Source of the DNA: Podarcis vaucheri
Taxonomy: Eukaryota
Assembly (NCBI GenBank): GCA_965113315.1
Contig: OZ220367.1
DNA: 64,000 bases
Reading direction: 5' to 3' (one strand)
Positions 12,566 to 24,100 of this stretch are shown one piece after another. Below the pieces are notes generated by a model. That model did no database searches. It had not been told where the DNA came from and worked only from the letters and a program-made list of their open reading frames with translations. Position 1 is the stretch's first letter. Each line of letters starts with the position of its first letter. Both the position numbers and the translations under genes were made by a program.

Positions 12566-13137
12566 CTGTCACTCACAACACAAGAGACATGTCATTTTCT
12601 TTCTCAAAAGAAGCTGACAAGTAAGATATAGCAGCCTATTGTGGAGATACTCTGGGGCCACACAGGACGGTGTTGGTTTTTTTAAAAAAATTAACCAGCT
12701 TCCTAGCCTTGCACTCCCAGATATTTCCCTATTAAAGCTCAAAACACACACCAAAAGTGGTTATTGCCAGTAGGTCAAACGCAAGAAAGTTAGGTATTGT
12801 TGTTTTTTTACTTTTTCAAATTATTTTTATTAATTTCCCAAATTATTACAAATCAAACCAAATTCATTTAATTCAATACAAAAATATGATCACCAGTATT
12901 TCCTCACATAGCTACACCATCATTTAGCTACATCTTATTTAGAGTCCAGTTGACACCCTTCACTTGCTGTTAAACCGTTCTTCCAGCTTGCCTTTTTTTT
13001 TCATCTTACAAGCAGCACCTCCGTTACATCTTGTAAATAAACAATCCATTTCATGGTGTGGTCCTTCAAATACATTGTTGTTGGCAGACACGGCTTGTGC
13101 AGTGAGCTCCCCAGAACCCACTGGGGAACGTTGCCAG

Positions 13138-13300
13138 GATTTTTGCCTCATAAATCTTGATTTTCCCCCGCCTAAACATCACGCTTAACTTTGGAGGTTT
13201 CCAGTCACATCACGAGCCAATGGTGCTTGCTCCTCGCTACCCTCCATGGGCAGCGAGGAGGTTCGGGCAGGGGAAAACCAAGATTTATGAGGCAAAAATC
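13138..13300. repeat. Long inverted repeat / foldback element
   Basis: GATTTTTGCCTCATAAATCTTG (13138-13159) exactly pairs with 13279-13300; the arms extend to about 40 bp with few mismatches. Confidence 0.8.
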
Positions 13301-14352
13301 TTAAGCCTATTGGTATTTGTGCTTTAAAATGCATTTCAATCTGTGTTGGATTGTGGTTGAAGTGTGGCTGACCTAAGAGAAGATGGCCTCTTTGACATCC
13401 ACCATTTGCTTGTGGATCTAAGTAAGAGGTAGGAAAACATATTTATCCACAGGGCCACATTCATTCATTCATGAAAAACATCCTGAGGGCCACATGCAAG
13501 TGGTAGGTGGGGCCGGAGGCAAGAGTGAGCAGAGCAATAAAGTCACTCTTCTTCAAAGTTTTCTACATTCCAGGCATGCGGAAGTCAAAGGTTTCTATCC
13601 ATCCTTCATCAAGGAATCAAGTGGCCTTTATCACAGTTTGAGGACACATTTCACCCAAGCAAAAGTCCTCCAGAAAGGCATGGACCAGGACTAGTCAGGG
13701 TGTGTGGCCTAGGGTCAGAGAAAGAGAGAACCAAAGGGCCACATTCGGCCACTGAGGTTCTCCACTCCTGATCTGTAGAACAGTATTAACAGGAACAAAG
13801 ACTATTTTCACCAAGTACATTTCAAAATAAATCTGCATAGGCTCTTTACTCTCAACACATTTTGAAGTATGCACCATTTCACAAGAAAGTTTTTGCACTG
13901 TGACCTTAATTGACTATAATGGAACTTATTCCTGGTATGAAAGCCCAAGTTTGCAACTTAAGAGTTTTGTCGGCAGTGAATATCAAGTCCCACCAGTCTA
14001 AGAATGCTTGCAATCAGTTTGGCTAATAAAAATGTTTATTCTAACTTCCATAATTAGCAAGTGTGAGAAATTAAATCTAGGAAGATATTAAAATTCATCT
14101 GGCTAGCTTATGACTTGATCTGATAATCCACTGCTCTGGAACAAGAGCTAATGGGATCAATAAAAGGGACAGGTTGATGTGTTGCATGAGGACGCCTTCA
14201 TGGTACATGGGGATCTGAAGCCTTGACCAAGTCAAGGTAAATGGGCAAGATACTCAGGAGGCAGATTCTCAGTGCAGCCTTGTGGTTTTTGTGCATGTTT
14301 GTAATAAAGAATAATCTTCCCCAATGGAGAAGCCGTAAGAACATTTCTTTAC

Positions 14353-14482
14353 CTCCCAGTCCTCTATTGAACTTTGCCACTGAGCAATTTTGTCTATGTT
14401 TTCCAAACGCCTTTTCCTCTCGTTGATGAGTCGTGCTACGTTCTTCATGGCATTCAAAGCGGCTTCGACGTCCTTAAAATCC
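14353..14482 (-). CDS. ARHGEF4: ARHGEF4 DH end/linker exon: (R)[43 protein letters not shown]
   Basis: 130 nt, phase 2/0, donor GAG|GTAAAG; DH C-terminal motif [10 protein letters not shown]. Confidence 0.95.
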
Positions 14483-15250
14483 CTAGGTTTTAAATGGATT
14501 CCATTAGAGATGTCAACACGAAGCAGCCACAATGCAAAGGGAATGGCCCTCTCCCCCAAAGCGTAAGAAACTAGCAAGCAAATTGTGGGGTTAAAAAAAA
14601 GAAAAAAGAAGCCAGGAGCTCTACCCCTGACTTGAAGTACATCTGATGTAATTGCTCGAGCTTTAATAGTTTCCCTGTCTGTGGTGCGGAGATAATATAG
14701 AAGAGTTACAACTTGTGACTTGGTTTGCTGATGCCTGCGAAACACTTCAGCAGTATAAATAACTGTGAAGCTAGCAACTGCTGTGATTGCACTCCCGTGC
14801 TTCTCTGTACAAGACCTGGGGTGGTGTCCACTTGGAATTCTCCCCCATCACATTATACACCACACAACATACATTGATGCCCGTTCTTGTACTTTACTTG
14901 CTGTTCAGGGCACCAGGAGTAGGAATTAACGGCACATCCTCAGTATCTGGAAGAAGCAGCTTCCATAACCAGCATCAGACCTGCGCAAGCTTTGCTGTAT
15001 CAGCAAAACCGCCATCCCCTGGATGGGCAAAGCTGCAGAAACTTTGACCGTTTGCACATTCCCGAGAAAAAGCCTATTTGATCAATGGCAGGTCACAAAA
15101 ACAAAATGGGACCTAGACACAACCATAAAGAAAGGCCTGCTCAAGTTACTACCGACTAATTTTTACAAGTATCAAAAGAAGGAACAAACTAAGATGGCTG
15201 CATTTGAGACAGGATATGTATCCTCCCTGCCCCTTTTCAATCCTCCGTAC

Positions 15251-15483
15251 CTGTGTTGTGGGTTGGTATATTTCAGCAGTTCTGCAAGCTGCAGGGGGTA
15301 CTTGCAAATTTTCTGCACTGGAGTCAGGAGGAAGCCATCCAGAGAGATGTCGATCATCTTCTGAAGCAGGCGACATGCTTCGAAGAAATAAACATACTTG
15401 CTCACTTTGGTGAGTCGGGAAAGCTCCATGCAGGCATTGGGGTGGTTATTGCAGTACTCAGAATAGATCTGGAACTCGTTTTG
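15251..15483 (-). CDS. ARHGEF4: ARHGEF4 DH exon: [18 protein letters not shown]...[30 protein letters not shown](R)
   Basis: 233 nt, phase 0/2; DH CR3 motif [15 protein letters not shown]. Confidence 0.96.
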
Positions 15484-15631
15484 CTAAATTGGAAGCAAAA
15501 ATATATATTATTACTACTACTAATACTACCAGTGGTAGTACATTTATTATTTTAACTGTTTATTTATCTTTCATGGGTGTTATACAGAACAATAAAATTC
15601 AATAAATTCTCCCCCCATCCTCCCATCCTCC

Positions 15632-16147
15632 TATGGAAGAACAGATTCATACAAGAGAAACAGGAAAAAAACTGTTTGAAAGAGCAGGTGGGGCTCGCTG
15701 ACCTGGGAAGGTGGCCATTTTAGGAGAAGAAAAACTCTGATCCTAAACCTCTGCTGCCTTGTGGGATATGGGATAGGGGGTTGGACTCGATGGCCCTTGT
15801 GGTCTCTTCCAACTCTACAATTCTATGATCTTCAGGAGAAGAAAAGGCTAAGGCTTAAGCCCTACACAAATCCAGAAAGGAGTCCCCAAGACAGTTGGGT
15901 GGTGCCTTGTACCCCTCCTTCTGGCAACTCCTGCAGCCCATCTGGGGCCAAATGGATTGCTCTGCTTTGCTTTGGACAACATTAGCGAGGCCAAGAAGGG
16001 GTCTTTGTCATCTGGGTAGCCCAGGTCCTCCATACATGCTGACAAAGCTTGTACCCCGGGGAGGTCACTTTGGTGCTGCAAACACTGCAGTTTGACTTCA
16101 CCCCCAGAGGCACACTCCATTGTCTCTCAAGACAAATGGATGCCAAC
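15632..16147 (+). mobile_element. Interspersed retroposon (possibly RTE-derived) with a nested CR1-type 3' tail at ~15772-15828
   Basis: 3' end ...gtctctcaagacaaatggatgccaac recurs at ~45520-45568 (+) and ~59595-59720 (-). It is interrupted by ggttggactcgatggcccttgtggtctcttccaactctacaattctatga. Confidence 0.5.
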
Positions 16148-16948
16148 AAATAGTTTGAAAGTCAGCCTACTGAGAGACGGTAGAGAGAAGCGCATGATTT
16201 GCTGTGAATTGCTGGTGGTCGACAGGCATGCTCTTTTGTATATGCGTATGCAATAAGGTCAAAGAGACACTTATTGGAAAGTGTCTCTGTCTTCATTCTT
16301 TGTTCACCTAGTTTTTCAGTGATTTCATCCATTAGTGGCACATCCCAGATTTGATTCAGCCACATTTGATTCAGTCAACATTTATACTATTACATTTCTG
16401 ATCTATAAAAATATAGCTTTTTACTTGAAAAAACAATGATAGAAAGGATCCCTGCTTCAAAGATCACAAACAGAACAGGTGAAGGAAGGAAGAACACGGG
16501 GAACAAGATGTTCTTTCAAAAGCACACAAAAAAAAGAGAAGGGTGGGAAGCAATAACTAAATGGAAGTGAAATATCCAGAGGCTGGCTATAGGCAGAAGA
16601 GGCACATGAAACAGAACAAGAGAAGCCCTGTAGTGAGATTAAATTGTGGGAAAAGGGATCAGTTTAAAAAGAGAGAGATAAGAGATAAAAGTCAAAATTA
16701 GATCTGCCAGGGACAACTAAGCACTGATCCGGCTTGTCCAACTAAGGTAGTAACAACTATTGTTCTAAGGGTGGCGCAACAATTTTATAAACAAAACATG
16801 TCCAGGTAAACTCTAATCCTAGACCCTCTTACCTCCCTCAACTCCCTCCCTTTCCCAAGCCTAATGTTCAAATGTAATCACCATCTCTCTAGTCACAATA
16901 ACAGGAATAATGTCAATACTTTCCCACATAATTCAGCTGTCAACTTAC

Positions 16949-17128
16949 ATATTCTAAGAAGCAGCAGCCCACCTCACTGAGGTGTGGGTAATCTTTGTTG
17001 AATTTCTTCTCCAATGCTTTAACAAATTTTTTCTGGCACTTGTAGATGTCTTCAATATTCCCAAAGATTGTCTTCAGCTGCTCCTCTGTGAACATGTCTG
17101 CTCTTTTACGGCATTGTTTTATATAGCC
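16949..17128 (-). CDS. ARHGEF4: ARHGEF4 DH exon: [60 protein letters not shown]
   Basis: 180 nt, phase 0/0, tttacag acceptor, TAT|GTAAGT donor; DH motif IFGNIEDIY; not in the ORF track. Confidence 0.96.
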
Positions 17129-17988
17129 CTGTAAACAAGTACTGTTTTATGATTCAGGTTTCTTGGGAAACAAAACCAAAGAGAACTGCAGCCCAACTCA
17201 CCCTGGGCAATACGTTTAACAGCTTGATAGAGCAATCTGATGGTGCTAAAGCACCTCAGAGATTATTGACCTGCTATGAAAATGATGATTACTGCAGAAA
17301 CAAAAATATTTCTGATGTCTGCATGCAATATTCAGGCAACCGGTGCAAAGGATAATGCCTCTACTTTGAAATACAGCACTAGATGCAGACATTGCAGGAT
17401 TCTCCAGTGAAGTAAAGCTAAGCTGCTTCTGGGGTGACATGCAGAAGAAACACTCTACAATTTTAAGGAACTCAGAAAGATGTACAAAAATGTTCCATGA
17501 TTTTCCTAGAAGCTGCTAAAATTTAATATCTTGTGACACCCAAGTCAAAAGGCAAATGTGTGCATTTTAGTGACATTTTACTTTCTCCTCTGTGACCAAA
17601 GGTTATGCTGGACAATGTGTTCTAATGTGGTAAGTGGAAAAATATATGATTCAATAGTAGAATAAAAGACTACAGTTGATAGGAATTCTATATGGACCTT
17701 TTGAATGAACTTGCTGCTCGAGTCTGACCAAAACCATTTCCACTGAAGTAGACCACCTTCCTAAGACTGGTGCTATCCAGATGTTGGACTCAACTCTCAT
17801 CACCACATCCAATGTCTAGGGATGGAGTTGTCATCCAACAACATCTAGAGGACACCACGTTTAGAGCAACCATGTCGTGTTTAACTCGATGAAATCAAGG
17901 TTTTCAAGGAACTCCTATAGAGTTCCATATTTCAAACATATTTCTAAAATTTAGCTTCTGAACTTCTTTTATCTGTGTGACTTGTTAC

Positions 17989-18183
17989 CTCACATATGTC
18001 CTTCAGGTGCTTGATGTAATCTCTTTCCGTGCTTAGGATTTCATTGATAACATTGGTTCTCATTTGGTCCTTAGTTGTTTGCCCCACTCCATAACGGTGG
18101 GCAGCATTTCTTGAGTCGTCCTCCCTGCCATCTTCTAACTTCAAAGGATAGTCTTCCATCGGTTCATCCTGGTTCACTCGGAG
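17989..18183 (-). CDS. ARHGEF4: ARHGEF4 SH3-DH linker / DH start exon: LRVNQDEP...[28 protein letters not shown]
   Basis: 195 nt, phase 0/0, donor GAG|GTAACA; DH CR1 motif EILSTERDY. Confidence 0.96.
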
Positions 18184-18794
18184 CTGTTTCAAAACAGGAA
18201 TATTCCCATCATATAGAAGCAAAGGCAGGACAACAACTTATTGCTTAGGACAAAATATGGGAGAAGAACATTCTGGAAGGCGGAGCTTACTGCAAGTGTT
18301 CCAACTAGTTTGTGACTCCTAGACTTGGAATATGAATCTGGCCTTAAATTCTGTTCCATCTCCCAAGGCTACTTACAGAACAACTATTTAAGATACAGAT
18401 TCAATAATAATAAAACATAAAAATACAATTCCCACAAAAAAATCCACAACCAAGCACCCAAAAGCCAATTCAGCAGCAAAAAGTGGGTTTTCCTGGAGAA
18501 AGCAGTGGGACAAAAGAAAAACCTCTTGGACCTGGGCCTAGAAAGTATAGGACAAGCAGGAAAAAACATGGGACAAATGGAAGGGTGGAGGAGCCCAAAT
18601 TTAAGGTAGCAAAAAACTCCCATCTGTCCACATACCCAGTGGCTGCTACTGATCACTAAATCATATTAAAAATGTGTCAACTGCTAGAAGTTACTGAAGC
18701 TATAGGAAAAGTGCTTCTCTTCTCAAAATGCCCCCTTTCTTGAAAGAGTTTGCTGTTAATGAATGAATTTTTAAAAACAGTGAATAGTTCTTAC

Positions 18795-18974
18795 CCGTAC
18801 GAAGCTGGCTGGGAACCAGCCCTCACTGTCCATTATTCTGCCCCACCACCATTCTTTGTTAGTTGCATCCATTACTTCAATGACATCACCAGCCTTGAAG
18901 CCCAGCTCTTGGTCATCCATGGTGACATGATCCCAGAGTGCTTCGGCGTAGACAACACCACCATCACTGATGAG
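18795..18974 (-). CDS. ARHGEF4: ARHGEF4 SH3 exon: [60 protein letters not shown]
   Basis: 180 nt, phase 0/0, ctttctctgttccag acceptor, CGG|GTAAGA donor; SH3 motifs [16 protein letters not shown]. Confidence 0.97.
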
Positions 18975-19086
18975 CTGGAACAGAGAAAGTAAGTATTTTC
19001 ACAAACTGATCTTTGGTAGGAGATGCTCAGCTCTTGTCATCCAAGAGGAAAAGGGTGTTGGTTCAGTGCAGTTGAAAGTCCAAGAC

Positions 19087-19235
19087 TCTGGGGTAGCTCA
19101 GTTGGTAAAGCATGAGGCTCTTAATCTCAGAGTTGTGGGTTCAAACACCATTTTGGGGGGAAAGTCCTGCATTGCAGGGGGTTGGACTAAATGACCCTCA
19201 TGGTCCCTTCCAACTCTATGTCTATAATTCTATGA
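19087..19235 (+). mobile_element. tRNA-Lys(CTT)-derived SINE with CR1-type 3' tail
   Basis: Head TAGCTCAGTTGGTAAAGCATGAGGCTCTTAATCTCAGAGTTGTGGGTTCAAAC (A and B boxes, CTT anticodon) fused to ggttggactaaatgaccctcatggtcccttccaactct...attctatga. Confidence 0.85.
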
Positions 19236-19775
19236 CTGTGGATATTCTGAGATTTGAGCTGGGAATCTGGGTATGTAGTGTATAGCTACAGTCACAGACT
19301 ATGCTCTTAGTGCCCTAGGATCTGCATAAATAGGTGAAGCATATGGCCTAGAATCAATCCAGGTGTTTTAGCATATAATTGATAAGATGGAGGGGTTATG
19401 CTCATAAGTGTGTGCACATGCATGCGCGCACACACACTACATCAAACACAACTACGTTAACCTGGCAGCCTCATTTATTTCTACTACTGAGCTTGTGCTA
19501 CAGAAGGACATGGTGTGCCATAGCTTTATGTAAAAATCTGGGCAATATATTATTACTTTAAGTTTGCATTCCTTCTCTCCTGCATCAGGAGTCATCTGGA
19601 GAGAGTCTGCATTGGCTTTCAAAGTTATTCTGTGTGACAAGGTGCCCATCAGTAAGGGCCAAGCCCTCCTTTCATGTTCCATTTATCTTTACAAATAACT
19701 ATTTAGCTTAATCTGTCTGGTTGATTATTCTTCCCTAAATTTACTTATTAACTAATATAACACCACAGATTTAAC

Positions 19776-19778
<3 letters not shown>

Positions 19779-19822
<44 letters not shown>
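19779..19822. repeat. (TC)22 microsatellite
   Basis: Perfect dinucleotide run. Confidence 0.95.
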
Positions 19823-19826
<4 letters not shown>

Positions 19827-19921
19827 TTCCCATCTGTTGGACTCAAAGGCTACCAGTAGTTGCAGTTAAATGCCTCTTTTCCATGACAGAGCTTTTTCAC
19901 TTGTTGCAGAGCAAATCCTAT

Positions 19922-20193
19922 CAGGGCCCACCTGCCCAAGAGGTGAGATGAGACAGTGGCCTCAAGGTGGCAGGCTCTGGACAGCTGCAAGGGGTGGCAG
20001 ATCTGCCTCCTGTACTTGTGGGCCACCTCTTATTCCACCATGCACCCACTGCTGCATGCCCGTCTGCCATGTGCCCACCACCAGGTGGCAGCAGGATATC
20101 AGTGGGTATGTGGCTGCTAGCAGGCAGAGGAGGAGGAGGCAGGGGTGGCCTTTTCTGTTTTACCCCACCCAAAAGCTTCCTGGGCTGGCCCTA
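19922..20193. mobile_element. GC-rich hAT-type MITE
   Basis: Ends CAGGGCCCACC / GGCTGGCCCTA; perfect 8-bp duplication AATCCTAT (19914-19921 and 20194-20201). Confidence 0.8.
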
Positions 20194-20894
20194 AATCCTA
20201 TGCATGATTACTCAGAAATAAGTGCTACTGTGTCCTAAGACTGCAGGTTTAAGCATACCTCTCTGGGAATTAGGATGCTGGAACAGCAATGGATTTACTT
20301 CTGAGTAAACTAAACACACATGGGAGTTAAGGCTATTAATTTTGTTCCATAATACAATATTGCGATACGGTTAAATATTATGGCAAAGAACACCACAGAA
20401 AGTTATGACCAGCATGATGAGGAGCATTCATCCACACAATCAGGCAGGTAATTTCATTCTGCATGGGAGTCATGTTAACTTTTAAATGTGGATAAGCTTT
20501 TTGCCAAGCATGAGGTTGGGGTTCGCAATTATCTAGTGAAGCTGATGGTGTCATTTGCTCTGCTTCATTCTCATGCTTCACTTAGCAAGGGTAATAGGAA
20601 TGTGCTGCAGAAAGACTGCTTTGCGTTGCAATCATATTGCTATGCAGTGAGCTAATTATATCTTTGCAAACCAAACTTGAGCTTCATCAAACACAGATGA
20701 AGCTAAGAAAGCACACACAAACACATATTTTAAAGCAGAGGCAACAGATGGAGATAAACTATATATAAGGTTACACTCATTTCACTGCCTCCTATGAATA
20801 CTTCATAAAACATACTTTACAAACTGTGAGCCACTCAGAGGACTTTCGTTGAATGGGGAATATATAAAGGTATAAAATAAAGCAAAGCAATTCA

Positions 20895-21140
20895 GCATGA
20901 TGGGAGACACCTAGCATACTAGCAGTACATGTGAAAAGGATCCAGGGGTCTTGGTGGACCACAAGCTTAACACGAGCCAACAGTGTGATGCAGCAGCAGC
21001 AAAAAAGGCCAATGCTATTCTAGGCTGCATCAACAGAAGTATAATTGTTCAGATCAAGGGAAGTAATAGTACCATTCTTTTCCGCCTTGGTCAGACCAAA
21101 CCTGGAATACTGTGTCCAGTTGTGGGCACCACAATTTAAG
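20895..21140 (+). mobile_element. CR1 LINE ORF2 fragment (degenerate)
   Basis: Translates to EKDPGVLVDHKLNTSQQCDAAAAKKANAILGCINRSI and, after a frameshift, [18 protein letters not shown]; typical CR1 ORF2 post-RT region. Confidence 0.9.
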
Positions 21141-24100
21141 ATGAACTTTCCAAGCAATTTATTGTGCAAGGAAAGTGCAGTTGCTACCCATTTGTTACAG
21201 AGAATCTAAATATGTTTTCCCCAAAGTTTCTGTTTCAAGAAGAATCCAAAGCACATTACAACTTCCTGCACACAAGCCACAATTTGCTCTTGCTGGAATT
21301 GTGAGTATCATAGAGGCAGAGGTCATGAGAATGTCATGGTACCAGTCATCAGCAGTGAACAATGGCATACTCATGCCCACAATGCAGGCACTATTCAAAA
21401 GTCTTCTTACTATTTGTTTAAAAGAAGAATAAATGCTATGCTGTTATGGTCCAATAGAAGCACTCATCTAGTCTACAACTCCAAAGCCACTCCAGCATTG
21501 TGCATCAGTGACCTATGGTCCCATCTTGGATACTTCCTTTTTTGAGGTCTTAGAATGGTAGGCCCCTCCTTGTCTTCATACAGTCCCATAACCTAGAACA
21601 GCTGCTCACCACAACAGGACACCTAACAGCCACACAAACACAAGCACCAAACTCTGCAACAAACCCAGAAACCAACTCTACATAAGCCAGTTTATATGTA
21701 AAATAACACATTTGGACACACCATGGTGTAGGTGAGGCAGAGAGCTGGTGACTGACTCACTCACTCAGCTTCATGACCAAGTAGGAATTTGAACCCAGGT
21801 CTCCCTTACTTAAATCAAGCTCTCTAGCTACTGTATCCTCTTGGTTCTCATTAGCACATCAAACAGAAGGGTTCTAGTTTAGCCTTTTCATTGATGTCTA
21901 GTTTCCATGTGCAGATTTTACTCTTATTTCCAGTGAGGGGAGCATATGGAGGAGCATTGAGATTTATTCAGGAAAAATTATATGCTGCTTGATTAACAGA
22001 ACCTCTAAGCAATTTACAAAGCTGTGCAAACCCCAATCTGCAGCCTGAAGTGCTATGGTCAAGCCACAGATTTACTGTTTTAATGATAGCTAGGCCTAAA
22101 TATTATTTATCATTCCTGGTGCCCAAAGCTGGAAGGTACTAAAAAGGTCCCTGCCCCAATCTCACCACAGTTTGCTGTGGTATAAAATTGAAAAGGCTTC
22201 TTTACACCAGGCTTTTTGGCTTGCTAGAAACGTGCTTGCTGCAAGACCTATAGCTGAAGCTAGATATATTGACTGTACCACAGGTGCTGCTAGAGCTCAT
22301 TAGCATTTTTACACATCAGCAGCTGTTGTTAAGTATCTGCAGCAGAGCCCTGCTGCAATCTGTTTGCTTCTCCTTAAAAAATACAGATGAAACCCTACAG
22401 AGTCTTCTAGTCTTGTGTTTATTGTTTGATGTCAGAAAGTGTATACTGTACAAAAAAAAGATATAGTGGAATTTGTTGCACTAGATTTATACGATCTGAA
22501 GAGAAACCAGAGTATGGAATTTGTTGCACTAGAGCCTCTGAGTCGGGAGCAGAACAAATATTGCCAAGAGGGAGGCAAAACAGCCGCAGCCAATCCAGGT
22601 TAAAGTAATTACCACTGAAAGGAAGCAATTTATCCCTATGCATAGTAATACACATTGCCAAACTATACATCTCTGTGCACATCCTCATCATAACCATTCA
22701 GCTCCTATTTGTCTAAAGTGGTTCACCTCTGCATAATTGCCTTATAAGTTGGCATGCAGCAGCGGAAGCACTAGGCAACAGATATATGTACATTTGGTGG
22801 GTGCAGATCTTTCATCTGCAGTTTATAAATTGTGGATTAAGACTATTTTAGGAAATAGTCATTGTGCTAATCTTTTAGCTCTTTGGTTGTGTTAAAATAC
22901 TTCTGTAATAACCCAGCACCTATAATGCTGAACATATTTTATAACAAGATCTGAAAAACCCCCACACTTATTTCTATCAGGTGCATAAAACGCTATGTAT
23001 ACAGCAGTTGTTCAGCAAAGATATACTGTTTGTGAGCCCATGTACAGCTAAGGCATAGGGTCCTAGAGCAATAAACTGCTCAGAAATTTGGGTGGGTTTA
23101 ACAAAGGCCACAGCTTTGGTTAGAGAGCCCTCCATTTGGCATGGCATAGGGCAAGGGTATTGTCATCGAATAGTACACCTGCTGGCTGATGTCTCCAACC
23201 TAGCCCAATTACTTGGCCTTCCAATGGGAAGTTGGTCCGATGTTTTGGGCTTGCCACATTGTGAACCCATATGCTGAGAGCTCCCTCAGACAACTTGGGG
23301 GCACTGGGGCCCTACAGCCCCCTGAGCTTTGGCTACAGCTGATAAGCAGCACCCCAAGCCACTTTGGAATCCCCAGTCCAGCAAGAAGCAGGGTGCCCAT
23401 CCCCTGCTTAACCCAGCTATGGACCCTGCCCAATGCCTCCCCAAACAGAGCAAAGTTGTAACAAAAGAAGCCATATAATGGGGAAGGCAAAACCCTCACA
23501 GGTCACTGTTAACCAGAGACTGTCCCGTATGCACAGCCATATTCTGCACAAGTCATCCCAAGAACTCCTCCCAAAAATTATGAATAATCAACTACAAAAG
23601 GAGGTGGGATGGGTGGGGATGCTGGCAATGAGGCTGAGGATATTCCTGAGCATACCTTTGTTTATTTCCTGTGCTCGGACCAGACAAAGCAGAGTCTTCA
23701 CTCTGGTCCAAACCAGGCCCCCAGCCACAGCCTCTCATTGGCTTCTAGGGGTAATGCCACCCAGGTTCCAGCTGGGAGCAGCAAGGCAAGACAAATCCCA
23801 GGCACACTGCAATGGAACCCATCTCCCTCTTCCCTGGGGCATGCTGGGGTCCACAGTAATTCAGGGGACCTGGGACATACCAGAATGCTTCCTCACAAAT
23901 GGATTTGCAGGTCAGTCAACCACAACTAGGGTGGCCAGATGCTAAAGAGGGCGGAGCTCCTGCACCTCTAACAGTTATGTTAAAATAGAGTTTCAGCAGA
24001 AATTTCCTCCACCCAGCAATTAAAGTTGCAGGATCCCTGTCCTCCTTTGCATCTGCATACATTATCCACACCATCTATAAATTCGGGGAGGGCATGTGCG

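Noticed and set aside
14269-14745. 158-aa ORF as a stand-alone gene
   Set aside because: Only 14353-14482 is exonic; the rest is intron read-through. The same applies to the track ORFs at 9295, 15172, 17944 and 51190.
19087-19160. tRNA-Lys gene
   Set aside because: Acceptor and T stems are degenerate and it is fused to a CR1 tail, so it is a SINE head
22467-22533. CRISPR-like repeat-spacer-repeat
   Set aside because: Only two repeats, vertebrate intron, no cas genes
23433-23945. 170-aa + strand ORF
   Set aside because: No recognisable domain or splice logic; overlapped by equally featureless ORFs in GC-richer, probably repeat-derived sequence
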